Assembly (NCBI GenBank): GCA_965224245.1
Contig: OZ245046.1
Location: 1,120,001 to 1,184,000, forward strand
DNA: 64,000 nucleotides
Direction: 5' to 3'
Source: Candidatus Eiseniibacteriota bacterium
GTDB lineage: Bacteria; Eisenbacteria; RBG-16-71-46; CAZAMP01
In this document: positions 1 to 8,572 of the stretch, in pieces
Layout of the letters: every line of letters begins with the position of its first letter
How positions within the stretch are numbered: position 1 is the first letter of the stretch
Program-made: the position numbers and the translations under genes
The notes under the pieces: model-generated
Told to the model about the DNA's origin: nothing
Databases searched by the model: none
What the model saw: only the letters and a program-made list of their open reading frames with translations

Positions 1-5
1 CCGGG

Positions 6-575
6 ATGAGCCTTCGAGGCGGCTCGATCACGGCGCGAATCCGCGGGAGCAAGGCCACCGGTTCGGCGTCGGCCTACCCGACACCGCCCGAGATACTCGC
101 GGCGCTCGCGGGCTGTGGCGACATCCATGTCCACTTCGAGGGCGGCAACCGCAGCTCGCTCTACCTCTCGTGGAAAGAGTACGAGGAGCAAGACTCGTAT
201 CTCGGCTCCTACGCGAAGAAGGCGATCGGCTTTCTCGGCGACTTCACCGGTGCGGCATTCGAGGGACACGGCGTGAAGGGCCCCAGGGGCGCCGAACGCG
301 AGATGCGCGTGCTGAGCCCGGCGTCGGCGGTGGGAAACCTCGTCGGCTACTTCGTCGGAACCAAGGCACCCGTCCAGTTCGTGATCGGCAACCAGAGCCT
401 GGCCGGCGGGGGCTTCGGGGAGATCAAGAAGCAGCGCACGAGGATCTCGTTTCAGCAGATCGCCGGCATTCTGGCGGGTACGGACTTCACGCAGGAGCGC
501 TCGCACGACGACCTCGACGTTCCCGGGCTCGCCGACGTCGGATCGGACGTCGTGGGCAAGCTCTTCGGGGGATGA
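6..575 (+). CDS. hypothetical protein, probably 5'-truncated by the window edge
   Basis: 189-aa ORF with normal residue composition and GC3-biased codons; no recognisable motif. Confidence 0.55.
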   Translation: MSLRGGSITARIRGSKATGSASAYPTPPEILAALAGCGDIHVHFEGGNRSSLYLSWKEYEEQDSYLGSYAKKAIGFLGDFTGAAFEGHGVKGPRGAEREMRVLSPASAVGNLVGYFVGTKAPVQFVIGNQSLAGGGFGEIKKQRTRISFQQIAGILAGTDFTQERSHDDLDVPGLADVGSDVVGKLFGG

Positions 576-811
576 CGCCGAGGCCGCTTCGGAGGACGAT
601 CCGCCGCACGGCCTGGCGGGTACCGGCGTCCAGCCTGCGGAAGTAGACACCGCTGGCGAGTACGCGGCCCCTGACCTCTGTCAGATGGGCGGCTCTTCGG
701 GCTCCTGTTCCATTCGAGGCCGTCGCGAGGCGTGCTCACATGATTCGATCGCCGATTGGCCCACTCGTCGGTTTACAATCGACGTTCGTTCGACACCGAC
801 GAGGAGGGCCC

Positions 812-2482
812 ATGCTCGCACGATGCCTGCTGTTCTCGACCCTCGCTACGGCGACCGCCACGGCGGCGCCGGTCCTTCCCGACGGGTTCGAACGGACGCC
901 GGCCTACGGCGGCGCGACGTTCTCCGAGCCGGTGGGCATCGCATTCACGCCTGACGGCCGCCACCTGATCGTCGAGCGGGACGGGATCGTCCGCGTCGCG
1001 CTGCCCGACGGGACCCTCCTGCCGACGCCGTTCATCGACCTGTCGGCCGAGGTCTGCGGCGTTCGCGATCTGGGTCTCCTGGGCCTCGCGCTGAGTCCCG
1101 ACTACGAGATCGATCCGTGGGTGTACCTGCTCTACACCGTCGATCCCGAGGGTGGCGGAGAAGATCAGTACCATCATCATTTCTCGCGCCTGACGCGCTA
1201 CCGGCCGTCGGTCGCGAACCCCGACGTCGCCGACATGTGGACGCGCGAGGTCCTGATCGGGTCGACGTGGGGGGACGGCATCCCCTCGCCTCACGAGTCG
1301 CACTCGGTGGGCACGGTCCTGTTCGCGGAGGACGGCTCGCTGATCCTGAGCAGCGGGGAGGGGGCGCACTACGAGTTCGTGGACGCCGGCGGGTTCGATG
1401 CCGAGACGTTTCTGCCCGGGCGCAGCGATCCGATCGAGGACATCGGCGCCTATCGGGCGCGGTCGCTGAACTCGATGGCGGGGAAGATCCTCCGCGTGGA
1501 CCCCGAGACGGGGCTCGGGCTGCCGAGCAACCCGTTCTGGGACGGTGACGGCGACAGCCATGCGTCGCGCATCTGGGCGTACGGTCTCCGGAATCCGTAT
1601 CGTTTCACGCTTCGGCCCGGAACCGGCGCCTCGTCCGCCGGCGACGGCGACCCGGGCACCCTGTACGTCGGTGACGTGGGATGGGACACCTTCGAGGAGC
1701 TGAACATCGTCGAGGTCGGCGGCGTCAACCTGGGGTGGCCCTGCTACGAGGGGATCGAGCCGACCGCCTACGTGGACGTCACCGAGACGTTCACCGGCAA
1801 CGAGAACGTCCTCTGCGACGCGCCGAGCAACCCCGAGAATCCCAGTCCGCCGAGCCCGCCGGCCTACTGGTGGAGCCACGGCGACGGGGCGCTCTCGAAT
1901 CCCGCGGGATGGAGGGGCTGGTCGTCCACCGGCGGCGTGTTCTACACCGGGGGAACGTTTCCGCCGTTCTATCACGGGCTGTACCTGCAGGCCGACTACG
2001 TCGCCCAGTGGATCCGCGCCATCGAGCTGGATGCCGACGACGACATCGTGGGCTGGTCGGAGTTCGGCTCCGGCCTCGGAGGAATCGTGGGGCTGTACGT
2101 GGAGCCCGCCAGCGGGGACCTGATGGTCGTCGACTGGTTCGACTCACGTGTGCACCGGATCGCCTTCGACGGACCGATCGGCGTGGGATCGCCCGGCGAG
2201 GCCGAGGTCACGACGTTCGCGGCCGAGCGGAACCCGTTCCGGGCCACGACGACGCTGTCGTTCACGCTCACGTCGCCGGCGTCGGTGGGGATCCGGGTCT
2301 ACGACGTCGCCGGGCGCGAGGTGCGTCGTCTCGTCGACGCCGAGTATCCCCCGGGCCGTCATCACGTCGTCTGGGACGGCACCGACGACTCCGGCCTCCG
2401 TGTGGCGGCCGGCGCCTACGCGGCGCGTCTCACCCAGGGGCGCACGTCCCGCGTGGTGCGGCTGGTCCGCCGAGGATCCTGA
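812..2482 (+). CDS. secreted glucose/sorbosone dehydrogenase (PQQ-dependent sugar dehydrogenase-like) beta-propeller with C-terminal FlgD-Ig domain
   Basis: GAGGAGG RBS before ATG 812; signal peptide; motifs GLLGLALSPDY, GKILRVDP, WAYGLRNPYRF, LYVGDVGW, NLGWP; C-terminal NPF...VYDVAGREVRRL...WDGTDDSG. Confidence 0.85.
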   Translation: MLARCLLFSTLATATATAAPVLPDGFERTPAYGGATFSEPVGIAFTPDGRHLIVERDGIVRVALPDGTLLPTPFIDLSAEVCGVRDLGLLGLALSPDYEIDPWVYLLYTVDPEGGGEDQYHHHFSRLTRYRPSVANPDVADMWTREVLIGSTWGDGIPSPHESHSVGTVLFAEDGSLILSSGEGAHYEFVDAGGFDAETFLPGRSDPIEDIGAYRARSLNSMAGKILRVDPETGLGLPSNPFWDGDGDSHASRIWAYGLRNPYRFTLRPGTGASSAGDGDPGTLYVGDVGWDTFEELNIVEVGGVNLGWPCYEGIEPTAYVDVTETFTGNENVLCDAPSNPENPSPPSPPAYWWSHGDGALSNPAGWRGWSSTGGVFYTGGTFPPFYHGLYLQADYVAQWIRAIELDADDDIVGWSEFGSGLGGIVGLYVEPASGDLMVVDWFDSRVHRIAFDGPIGVGSPGEAEVTTFAAERNPFRATTTLSFTLTSPASVGIRVYDVAGREVRRLVDAEYPPGRHHVVWDGTDDSGLRVAAGAYAARLTQGRTSRVVRLVRRGS

Positions 2483-2675
2483 CGATCGGCGTGACGATCT
2501 CGCATCCGGGGCCGGCCGTCACGGAGCGATCGCCGGCGCGTCCGGCGACGCCGCCGGCGGGGCGCCGGGTGACGCGCACGTCCGGCGATTGACCCGATCC
2601 GGAGCGGTCGCTACCCTGGGTCCGGGCCGAGCGATCCGAGCCTTCCGCTCGTCACGCCGTCGTCCGCTCCCTCGC

Positions 2676-5600
2676 ATGCCGCGGAGCCCGCCCTCGATGC
2701 TGCTCCTCGAGAAAGCCCAGGTGTTCTTCGCGCCCACCTCGCGGCGGCGCGGGCACGAGTACGCGCGCCAGGGACGGGTGGCGATCACCGAGACCAGCGA
2801 GAACGTCGCCGGCGGCGTCGTGCGGGGAACGGCCGAGTACCGCGTGACGGTGGCCTTCGACGGTCGCGCGCTCCGCGTGCGTTGCACGTGTCGGCACGCC
2901 CGGGCGTTTCGGGACCCGTGCGCGCACATCTGGGCGATGCTCTTGATCGGGGCGCAGAGGGGGATCTTCCCGGAGCTCGCGCACGAGGACGATCTGGACG
3001 CCGGCTGGGCGGCGAGCGACGCCTGGACGGACGACCTCCCCGACTTCCACGATCGCGTGATCCTGACCGACGATCGCGCTCCGGAGGCCCCGCGCCGGCG
3101 CATGCACTGGCGCGCGCTCGTCTCGTCGGCCACCGCCGGATCGTCCCCGTCGGAGCTCGCGCGCGACACCGCCCGCGGAGAGGGCGAGATCCTGTACGTC
3201 GTCGATGCCGCCGGCAGCGCGAGCCGACGCGCGCTCGTGGTGCAGGTCATGCGCCGAAAGCGGGTCGCGAGCGGAGCGTGGGGACGGCCCCGCAGCGTGC
3301 GTATCCGCGCGGGGGACGTCGAGGCGCTCGGGGATGCGGACGATCGCCGCGTACTTGCGGCTCTGGTCGGAGCCCGCCAGGACGACCTGTGGTCGACCCA
3401 GGACACGCGCGGCGACCGCGTGCCGAGCAAGTTCGAGCTCACCGGGGCGCTCTCGGCGTCGCTGGTGCCGATCATGTGTGCGTCGGGACGATGCCGGCTC
3501 CGGCGGCAGCGATCCGATCGCGACCCCGTGCCGCTGACGTGGGATGCCGGCGGCGTCTGGGAGCTGTGGCTCGACGTGACCCGCCTGACCACGGGCACGC
3601 CCGGTCACGGCCGAGCCCGCGTCGAGCACCGTGCCTACGTCGTGGACGCATCCATCCGGCGGGGCGAGGACCGGCTCCACCTCGACGTTCCCGATCTGAT
3701 CGTCGAGGGGCTCGTCGTGATCGATGGACGCGCCGCCGCGCTGGGCGACGGCGGTGCGGTCGCGTGGGCCCACGTGCTCCGGCGCGAGGGCCCCATCGAG
3801 GTTCAGGGGTCCGAGGCAGAGAGCTTCGTCTCCGCGATCCTCGCCGCGCCGAGCCGGCCTCGACTCGACCTCCCCGAGGAGCTTCGCGTCGACGAGGTCC
3901 GGGTCACGCCCCGGCCCCGACTGACCATCGGATCGACCCGCGGGCGCGCGCGGACCGACTGGCTGACGGCGGACCTCGCGTTCGACTACGACGGCGTCAT
4001 CGTCGCGTACGGCTCGAGCGATGCGGACGTCGTGGACATGGCGGCGCGGCGTGTCGTGGTCCGCGACGCCGACGCCGAGCGCCGTGCCGTCCGGCGGCTC
4101 CACGATCTGCCGCTGGGCCGGGCTCGCCGGACCGGGCTCTCGGGCACGGTCCACGGCTTCAAGCTGCGAGCCCGCGATCTGTCCGAGATCGTGCGGGCGC
4201 TCGTGCCCGAGGACTGGCGCGTCGAGGCATCGGGCCGGCGGGTCCGGTCCGGCGGCGCGATGTCGCTCGGCATCTCGTCCGGGATCGACTGGTTCGAGCT
4301 GCGCGGTGAGGTGCGGTTCGGCGAGCAGTCGGCAACGCTTCCCGAGCTGCTCGCGGCCATCCAGCGCGGCGAGCACACGGTCACCCTCGGAGACGGGAGC
4401 GTGGGGCTCCTGCCCGAGCAGTGGCTGCGTCGCCACGCGGTGCTCGCCGACCTGGGCACGCTGGACGGGGACCACGTGCGGTTTCGCCAGTCGCAGGCCG
4501 CGCTCCTGGACGCCCTCCTGGCCGCGCAGCCGGACACCACGTTCGACGAGGGGTTCGACCGGGCGAGACGCGCGCTGGCGGGGTTCGCGGGCGTTCGTGC
4601 CGCCGATGCACCCGCCGGCTTCGTGGGAACGTTGCGCGACTACCAGCGCGAGGGTCTGGGATGGATGGGCTTTCTGGCGGACTTCGGCCTCGGCGGCTGT
4701 CTCGCCGACGACATGGGGCTCGGCAAGACGGTCCAGGTGCTCGCACTGCTCGAATCCCGGCGCCGTCGCGGTCCCGGGGTCGCGCGGAAGCCGTCGCTCG
4801 TGGTCGTTCCGCGTTCGTTGATGTTCAACTGGAAGGACGAGGCCGCGCACTTCACGCCCCAGCTCACGATCCTCGATCACACCGGCACCGATCGTACGCG
4901 GACGATGGAGCGTCTCGCCGATTACGACGTCGTCCTCACCACCTACGGCACCCTCCGGCGCGACGCGGCCCGCCTGATGCGGGTCGAGTTCGACTACGTC
5001 GTTCTCGACGAGGCCCAGGCCATCAAGAACGCGAGCACGGCGTCGGCCAAGGCGGTGCGCCTGCTCCAGGGCGATCATCGTCTGGCGCTCTCGGGAACCC
5101 CCATCGAGAACCACCTCGGGGAGATCTGGAGCCTCTTCGAGTTCCTGAACCCCGGCATCCTCGGCTCGGCGGCGGCGTTTCGCGCCCTGGAGAGCCGCGG
5201 CACGCTGGACGGCGACGCCCGCGAGGTGATCGCGCGCGCCCTCCGCCCGCTCATCCTCAGGCGCACGAAGGCGCAGGTGGCCACCGAGCTCCCCGACAAG
5301 ATCGAGCAGTCGCTCTACTGCGAGCTGCCTCCGAAGCAGCGCAAGCTCTACGACGAGCTCCGCGATCACTATCGTGCGGCGCTCGACGACCGCATCGCCG
5401 CGGCGGGGCTGGGGCGCTCCAAGATCCTGGTCCTGGAGGCGCTGCTTCGTCTCCGGCAGGCGGCCTGTCATCCGGGGCTCGTGGACGGGACGAAGGTCGA
5501 GATGCCCAGCGCCAAGGTCGACCTCCTCCTGGATCAGCTGACGTCGGTGGTGGACGAGGGGCACAAGGCGCTGGTCTTCTCCCAGTTCACGAGCCTCCTG

Positions 5601-6014
5601 GCCATCGTGCGAAAGCGTCTGGACCCGACCGGGATCGCGTATGCGTACCTCGACGGCCGGACCCGGGCCCGCCAGGCCGAGGTGGATCGCTTCCAGACCG
5701 ACCCCGACTGCAAGCTGTTTCTGATCAGCCTCAAGGCGGGAGGGCTCGGTCTCAACCTGACCGCCGCGGAGTACGTGTATCTGCTGGATCCGTGGTGGAA
5801 CCCGGCGGTCGAGGCCCAGGCCATCGATCGCACGCACCGGATCGGGCAGACCCGCCACGTGTTCGCCTACCGCCTGGTGGCCAAGGACACGGTCGAGGAG
5901 AAGATCCTCGAGCTGCAAACCACCAAGCGCGAGCTCGCCGACTCGATCATCCGGGCCGACAACGCGCTCGTGCGCGATCTGGGTCGGGACGATCTCGAGC
6001 TGCTCCTGTCCTGA
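2676..6014 (+). CDS. SWIM zinc-finger SNF2-family helicase/ATPase
   Basis: SWIM CTC...CAH; LRDYQ, LADDMGLGKT, DEAQ, LSGTPIEN, VFSQF, GLGLNLTAA, WWNPAVEAQAIDRTHRIGQ; start may be 2676 or 2697. Confidence 0.92.
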   Translation: MPRSPPSMLLLEKAQVFFAPTSRRRGHEYARQGRVAITETSENVAGGVVRGTAEYRVTVAFDGRALRVRCTCRHARAFRDPCAHIWAMLLIGAQRGIFPELAHEDDLDAGWAASDAWTDDLPDFHDRVILTDDRAPEAPRRRMHWRALVSSATAGSSPSELARDTARGEGEILYVVDAAGSASRRALVVQVMRRKRVASGAWGRPRSVRIRAGDVEALGDADDRRVLAALVGARQDDLWSTQDTRGDRVPSKFELTGALSASLVPIMCASGRCRLRRQRSDRDPVPLTWDAGGVWELWLDVTRLTTGTPGHGRARVEHRAYVVDASIRRGEDRLHLDVPDLIVEGLVVIDGRAAALGDGGAVAWAHVLRREGPIEVQGSEAESFVSAILAAPSRPRLDLPEELRVDEVRVTPRPRLTIGSTRGRARTDWLTADLAFDYDGVIVAYGSSDADVVDMAARRVVVRDADAERRAVRRLHDLPLGRARRTGLSGTVHGFKLRARDLSEIVRALVPEDWRVEASGRRVRSGGAMSLGISSGIDWFELRGEVRFGEQSATLPELLAAIQRGEHTVTLGDGSVGLLPEQWLRRHAVLADLGTLDGDHVRFRQSQAALLDALLAAQPDTTFDEGFDRARRALAGFAGVRAADAPAGFVGTLRDYQREGLGWMGFLADFGLGGCLADDMGLGKTVQVLALLESRRRRGPGVARKPSLVVVPRSLMFNWKDEAAHFTPQLTILDHTGTDRTRTMERLADYDVVLTTYGTLRRDAARLMRVEFDYVVLDEAQAIKNASTASAKAVRLLQGDHRLALSGTPIENHLGEIWSLFEFLNPGILGSAAAFRALESRGTLDGDAREVIARALRPLILRRTKAQVATELPDKIEQSLYCELPPKQRKLYDELRDHYRAALDDRIAAAGLGRSKILVLEALLRLRQAACHPGLVDGTKVEMPSAKVDLLLDQLTSVVDEGHKALVFSQFTSLLAIVRKRLDPTGIAYAYLDGRTRARQAEVDRFQTDPDCKLFLISLKAGGLGLNLTAAEYVYLLDPWWNPAVEAQAIDRTHRIGQTRHVFAYRLVAKDTVEEKILELQTTKRELADSIIRADNALVRDLGRDDLELLLS

Positions 6015-6038
6015 GCCACCTGTGATGGGACGCATCAC

Positions 6039-6060
6039 GCGTGATGCGACTGCATCACGC
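6039..6060. repeat. perfect inverted repeat GCGTGATGC-GACT-GCATCACGC, preceded by an imperfect copy at 6022-6038
   Basis: read directly; core TGATGC-N4-GCATCA recurs at 35604 and 53916. Confidence 0.75.
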
Positions 6061-6180
6061 CTGCACATGTACGTCGGGAACATGGCGGGGCCTTGACGCA
6101 GATGGCTCTCATGCCGGACCGTGGTGTATGGCCCGGCCGCTCTCGCGCGACCGGAGCCGGCCCCAACCGGGAGGATCGCC

Positions 6181-6483
6181 ATGCCACAGTTCGTCTTGAT
6201 GAGCCGCCTGGCTCCGGAAACGATGCACGATGCGGGGAAGCGTCGCACGCGCGGCCGCGAGTGGCTGCAGGCAGTGAAGGAGCACTGTCCCGAGGTGCAG
6301 TGGATCTCGCATCACGCGCTGCTCGGCCGGTACGACTTCATGGACATCTACGAGGCTCCCGACGTCGAGACCGCACAGAAGGTATCGATGATCTCGCGCT
6401 CGCACGGTGCGATCCTGGCCGAGAGCTGGCCGGCCATTCCATACGAGACGTATCTCGGGCTCATGGAGGACGTCGCGGGCTGA
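6181..6483 (+). CDS. GYD domain-containing protein
   Basis: GGAGG RBS; 100 aa with LLGRYDFMDIYEAPD typical of the GYD family. Confidence 0.8.
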   Translation: MPQFVLMSRLAPETMHDAGKRRTRGREWLQAVKEHCPEVQWISHHALLGRYDFMDIYEAPDVETAQKVSMISRSHGAILAESWPAIPYETYLGLMEDVAG

Positions 6484-6647
6484 CCGGCGAGCCGGCCCGT
6501 GCGCGAGCCGGACCGTCGAGCGTCCATCCGCTCCCGGGGGCTCCGCCGGCCACGACGCGCTCGGGCGCACCTGGTAAACTCGTCGACGAGGTCGTCATCA
6601 CGCGTCCGGCGCCGGACGAACGGCGTTCGCATCGGGGAGGTCTCGCC

Positions 6648-8345
6648 ATGTCGACGGCACGCACGCGTGCGTGTTCGCGCGCATCGTTCGGATTCGCCTC
6701 GCTCGGGTTCGTGGTCCTCGTATCGGCGACGGCCGCGGGGGCGCTCACGCCGGTAGGCGTGCCGACCCAGGCGGGCAGCCAGCTCACCATCGCCTCGGAG
6801 ACCGATCTCGGCGCGGTCACGTCGATCACCCACGGTGGTGGGGGAGACGCGGGTATCGCGTCCGCCCCGATCCCGGGTGGGGCGCGGACCGGCACTCTTC
6901 TCTGGTCGCGACATCACGTGGATCCGATCTACACGTCCTGTGGGATCGCCGGGGCCGGCGGCCCCGTCTTCGCCGGCACGTACCTGAATGCGCCCCGTCA
7001 GGTGGAGGCGATTCCAATCGACGGTGACGGGACCCCGGACTGGGTCTCGGGGGGCACCGGGCTGTTCGTGGACGCCTCGCGGAGCGGACTCGTGCTGGCC
7101 GCGATCGACTTCGACGCGTCGGACTCCTCGGCCGTGATCAGCGAGTGGCGGCCCGGTTCGGCGACGCCGCTGTGGTCGTACACGGTTCACCCCTGCCGCT
7201 CGCTGACCTACCAGGGGTGGGCCAGTCGCAAGCCCATCCAGGTCTCCGACGACGGCTCGACCATCGCGGTCGCGGTGACGATGTACGTGGGCCCCGACCA
7301 GGTCGGTCGGCTCTTCGCATTCGAGGCGGGCAGCGGCACGCCGATCGTGGACTGGCCGTTCCCGAGCGGAAACGTGGTGGCCACCGCGATCAGTCCCGAG
7401 GGCGGGTTCGTGGCCATGGCCGGCTGGCCCACTCTGTACGTGTACGACGTCGCCGGAGACGCGCTGCGCTGGAGCGGTCCCATCGGATCCGGAAACGATG
7501 CGCTGGCCATCTCGGCGGCGGGGCAGTACGTCGCCTGGGGCTGGACCACGCTCTCGATCCGCACCTGGAACGGCACCTCGTACGCGCTGCACCACTCGAT
7601 GTCCGCGGGCGCAAGCACGTACGTCGGGCAGGTCGCTTTCTCCCCGGACGATCTCTTCGCCGTGACCTGGGACAACGGCAACACGACGCCCAACGCGGTG
7701 GCCGTGGAGACGTACGACCTGGCGACCCCGGCTCTCCGGTGGCACTACGACTACCAGGGCACGCCGCCGAGCACACACGTGGACATCCCATCCTCGATGC
7801 TCTTCACGGAGAGTGGCGATCACCTCGTGGTCGGATCCTGGGGCGGGAGCTTCCCAGAGGTGCACGTGTTCGACGCGCTCGACCCCGATCCGATCTACAC
7901 GCTGGACACGGCCGGATCGGTGTTCGACGTGGACGTCGTCGACGCCTCCGGAGGCGGGGTGCTCGTCTCCGCCTGCGGCAAGAGCGTCCACGCCGGGACC
8001 GGCGGTCGCGGAGGAGACCTGTATCTGATCGCGGTGACGCCGGTCGTGGCGGTCGAACCGGCTCCGCCCGGCGCTGGTCCCGAGCTCGTCTCCGGCCCGA
8101 ACCCCTTCCGGACCGGAACGACGATGCGATTCACGCTGCCCGCGGCGGTGCACTATACGCTCACGGTCCACGACGCAACCGGTCGTCTGCTCCGGCGCTT
8201 CGATGGTGCGAGCCCGACCGGTACGGGCACCGTGCACTGGGACGGGCGAGACGGATCCGGTCGCGCTGTCGCACCGGGCGTGTACTTCGCCCGGTTCGTG
8301 TCCGGGACCACCGAGCGGACCGAGCGCCTGACGCGGGCCCGGTGA
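6648..8345 (+). CDS. secreted WD40-like beta-propeller protein with C-terminal FlgD-Ig domain
   Basis: GGGGAGG RBS before ATG 6648; hydrophobic signal region; repeated blade-like motifs (VSDDGSTIAV, ISPEGGFVAM, ISAAGQYVAW); C-terminal PNPFR...HDATGRLLRR...WDGRDGSG. Confidence 0.75.
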   Translation: MSTARTRACSRASFGFASLGFVVLVSATAAGALTPVGVPTQAGSQLTIASETDLGAVTSITHGGGGDAGIASAPIPGGARTGTLLWSRHHVDPIYTSCGIAGAGGPVFAGTYLNAPRQVEAIPIDGDGTPDWVSGGTGLFVDASRSGLVLAAIDFDASDSSAVISEWRPGSATPLWSYTVHPCRSLTYQGWASRKPIQVSDDGSTIAVAVTMYVGPDQVGRLFAFEAGSGTPIVDWPFPSGNVVATAISPEGGFVAMAGWPTLYVYDVAGDALRWSGPIGSGNDALAISAAGQYVAWGWTTLSIRTWNGTSYALHHSMSAGASTYVGQVAFSPDDLFAVTWDNGNTTPNAVAVETYDLATPALRWHYDYQGTPPSTHVDIPSSMLFTESGDHLVVGSWGGSFPEVHVFDALDPDPIYTLDTAGSVFDVDVVDASGGGVLVSACGKSVHAGTGGRGGDLYLIAVTPVVAVEPAPPGAGPELVSGPNPFRTGTTMRFTLPAAVHYTLTVHDATGRLLRRFDGASPTGTGTVHWDGRDGSGRAVAPGVYFARFVSGTTERTERLTRAR

Positions 8346-8572
8346 CGGGTCTCACGCGTTTCCCCTAGCCGCATCCGCGATTCCACGTATCGACGGGTGT
8401 CGCTTCCCGCTTGTACCTTCGTTGGCTTTGCCGATGAAGGGTGAGACGGCCGATTCGCTCGCGCCGTGCTCGTTCTCGCGCGGTGCGCGAGTGCCAGGGT
8501 CGAGTCTCGGCGCCTCGGGGCCGCAAACGCCGGCCGTCCGGGCTCCGGGAGGAGATCCCGCGGGGGGCAACG

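Noticed and set aside
2676-6014. SNF2 helicase as part of an anti-phage system
   Set aside because: Stand-alone SWIM-SNF2 architecture with no methylase, nuclease or other defence genes nearby
2652-6248. Very long alternative-frame ORFs (also 8153-11164 -, 16053-18482 +, 25231-28821 +, 29705-32227 +, 51084-53915 -)
   Set aside because: Antisense or shifted shadows of clear genes; stops are rare at this GC content and the translations lack motifs
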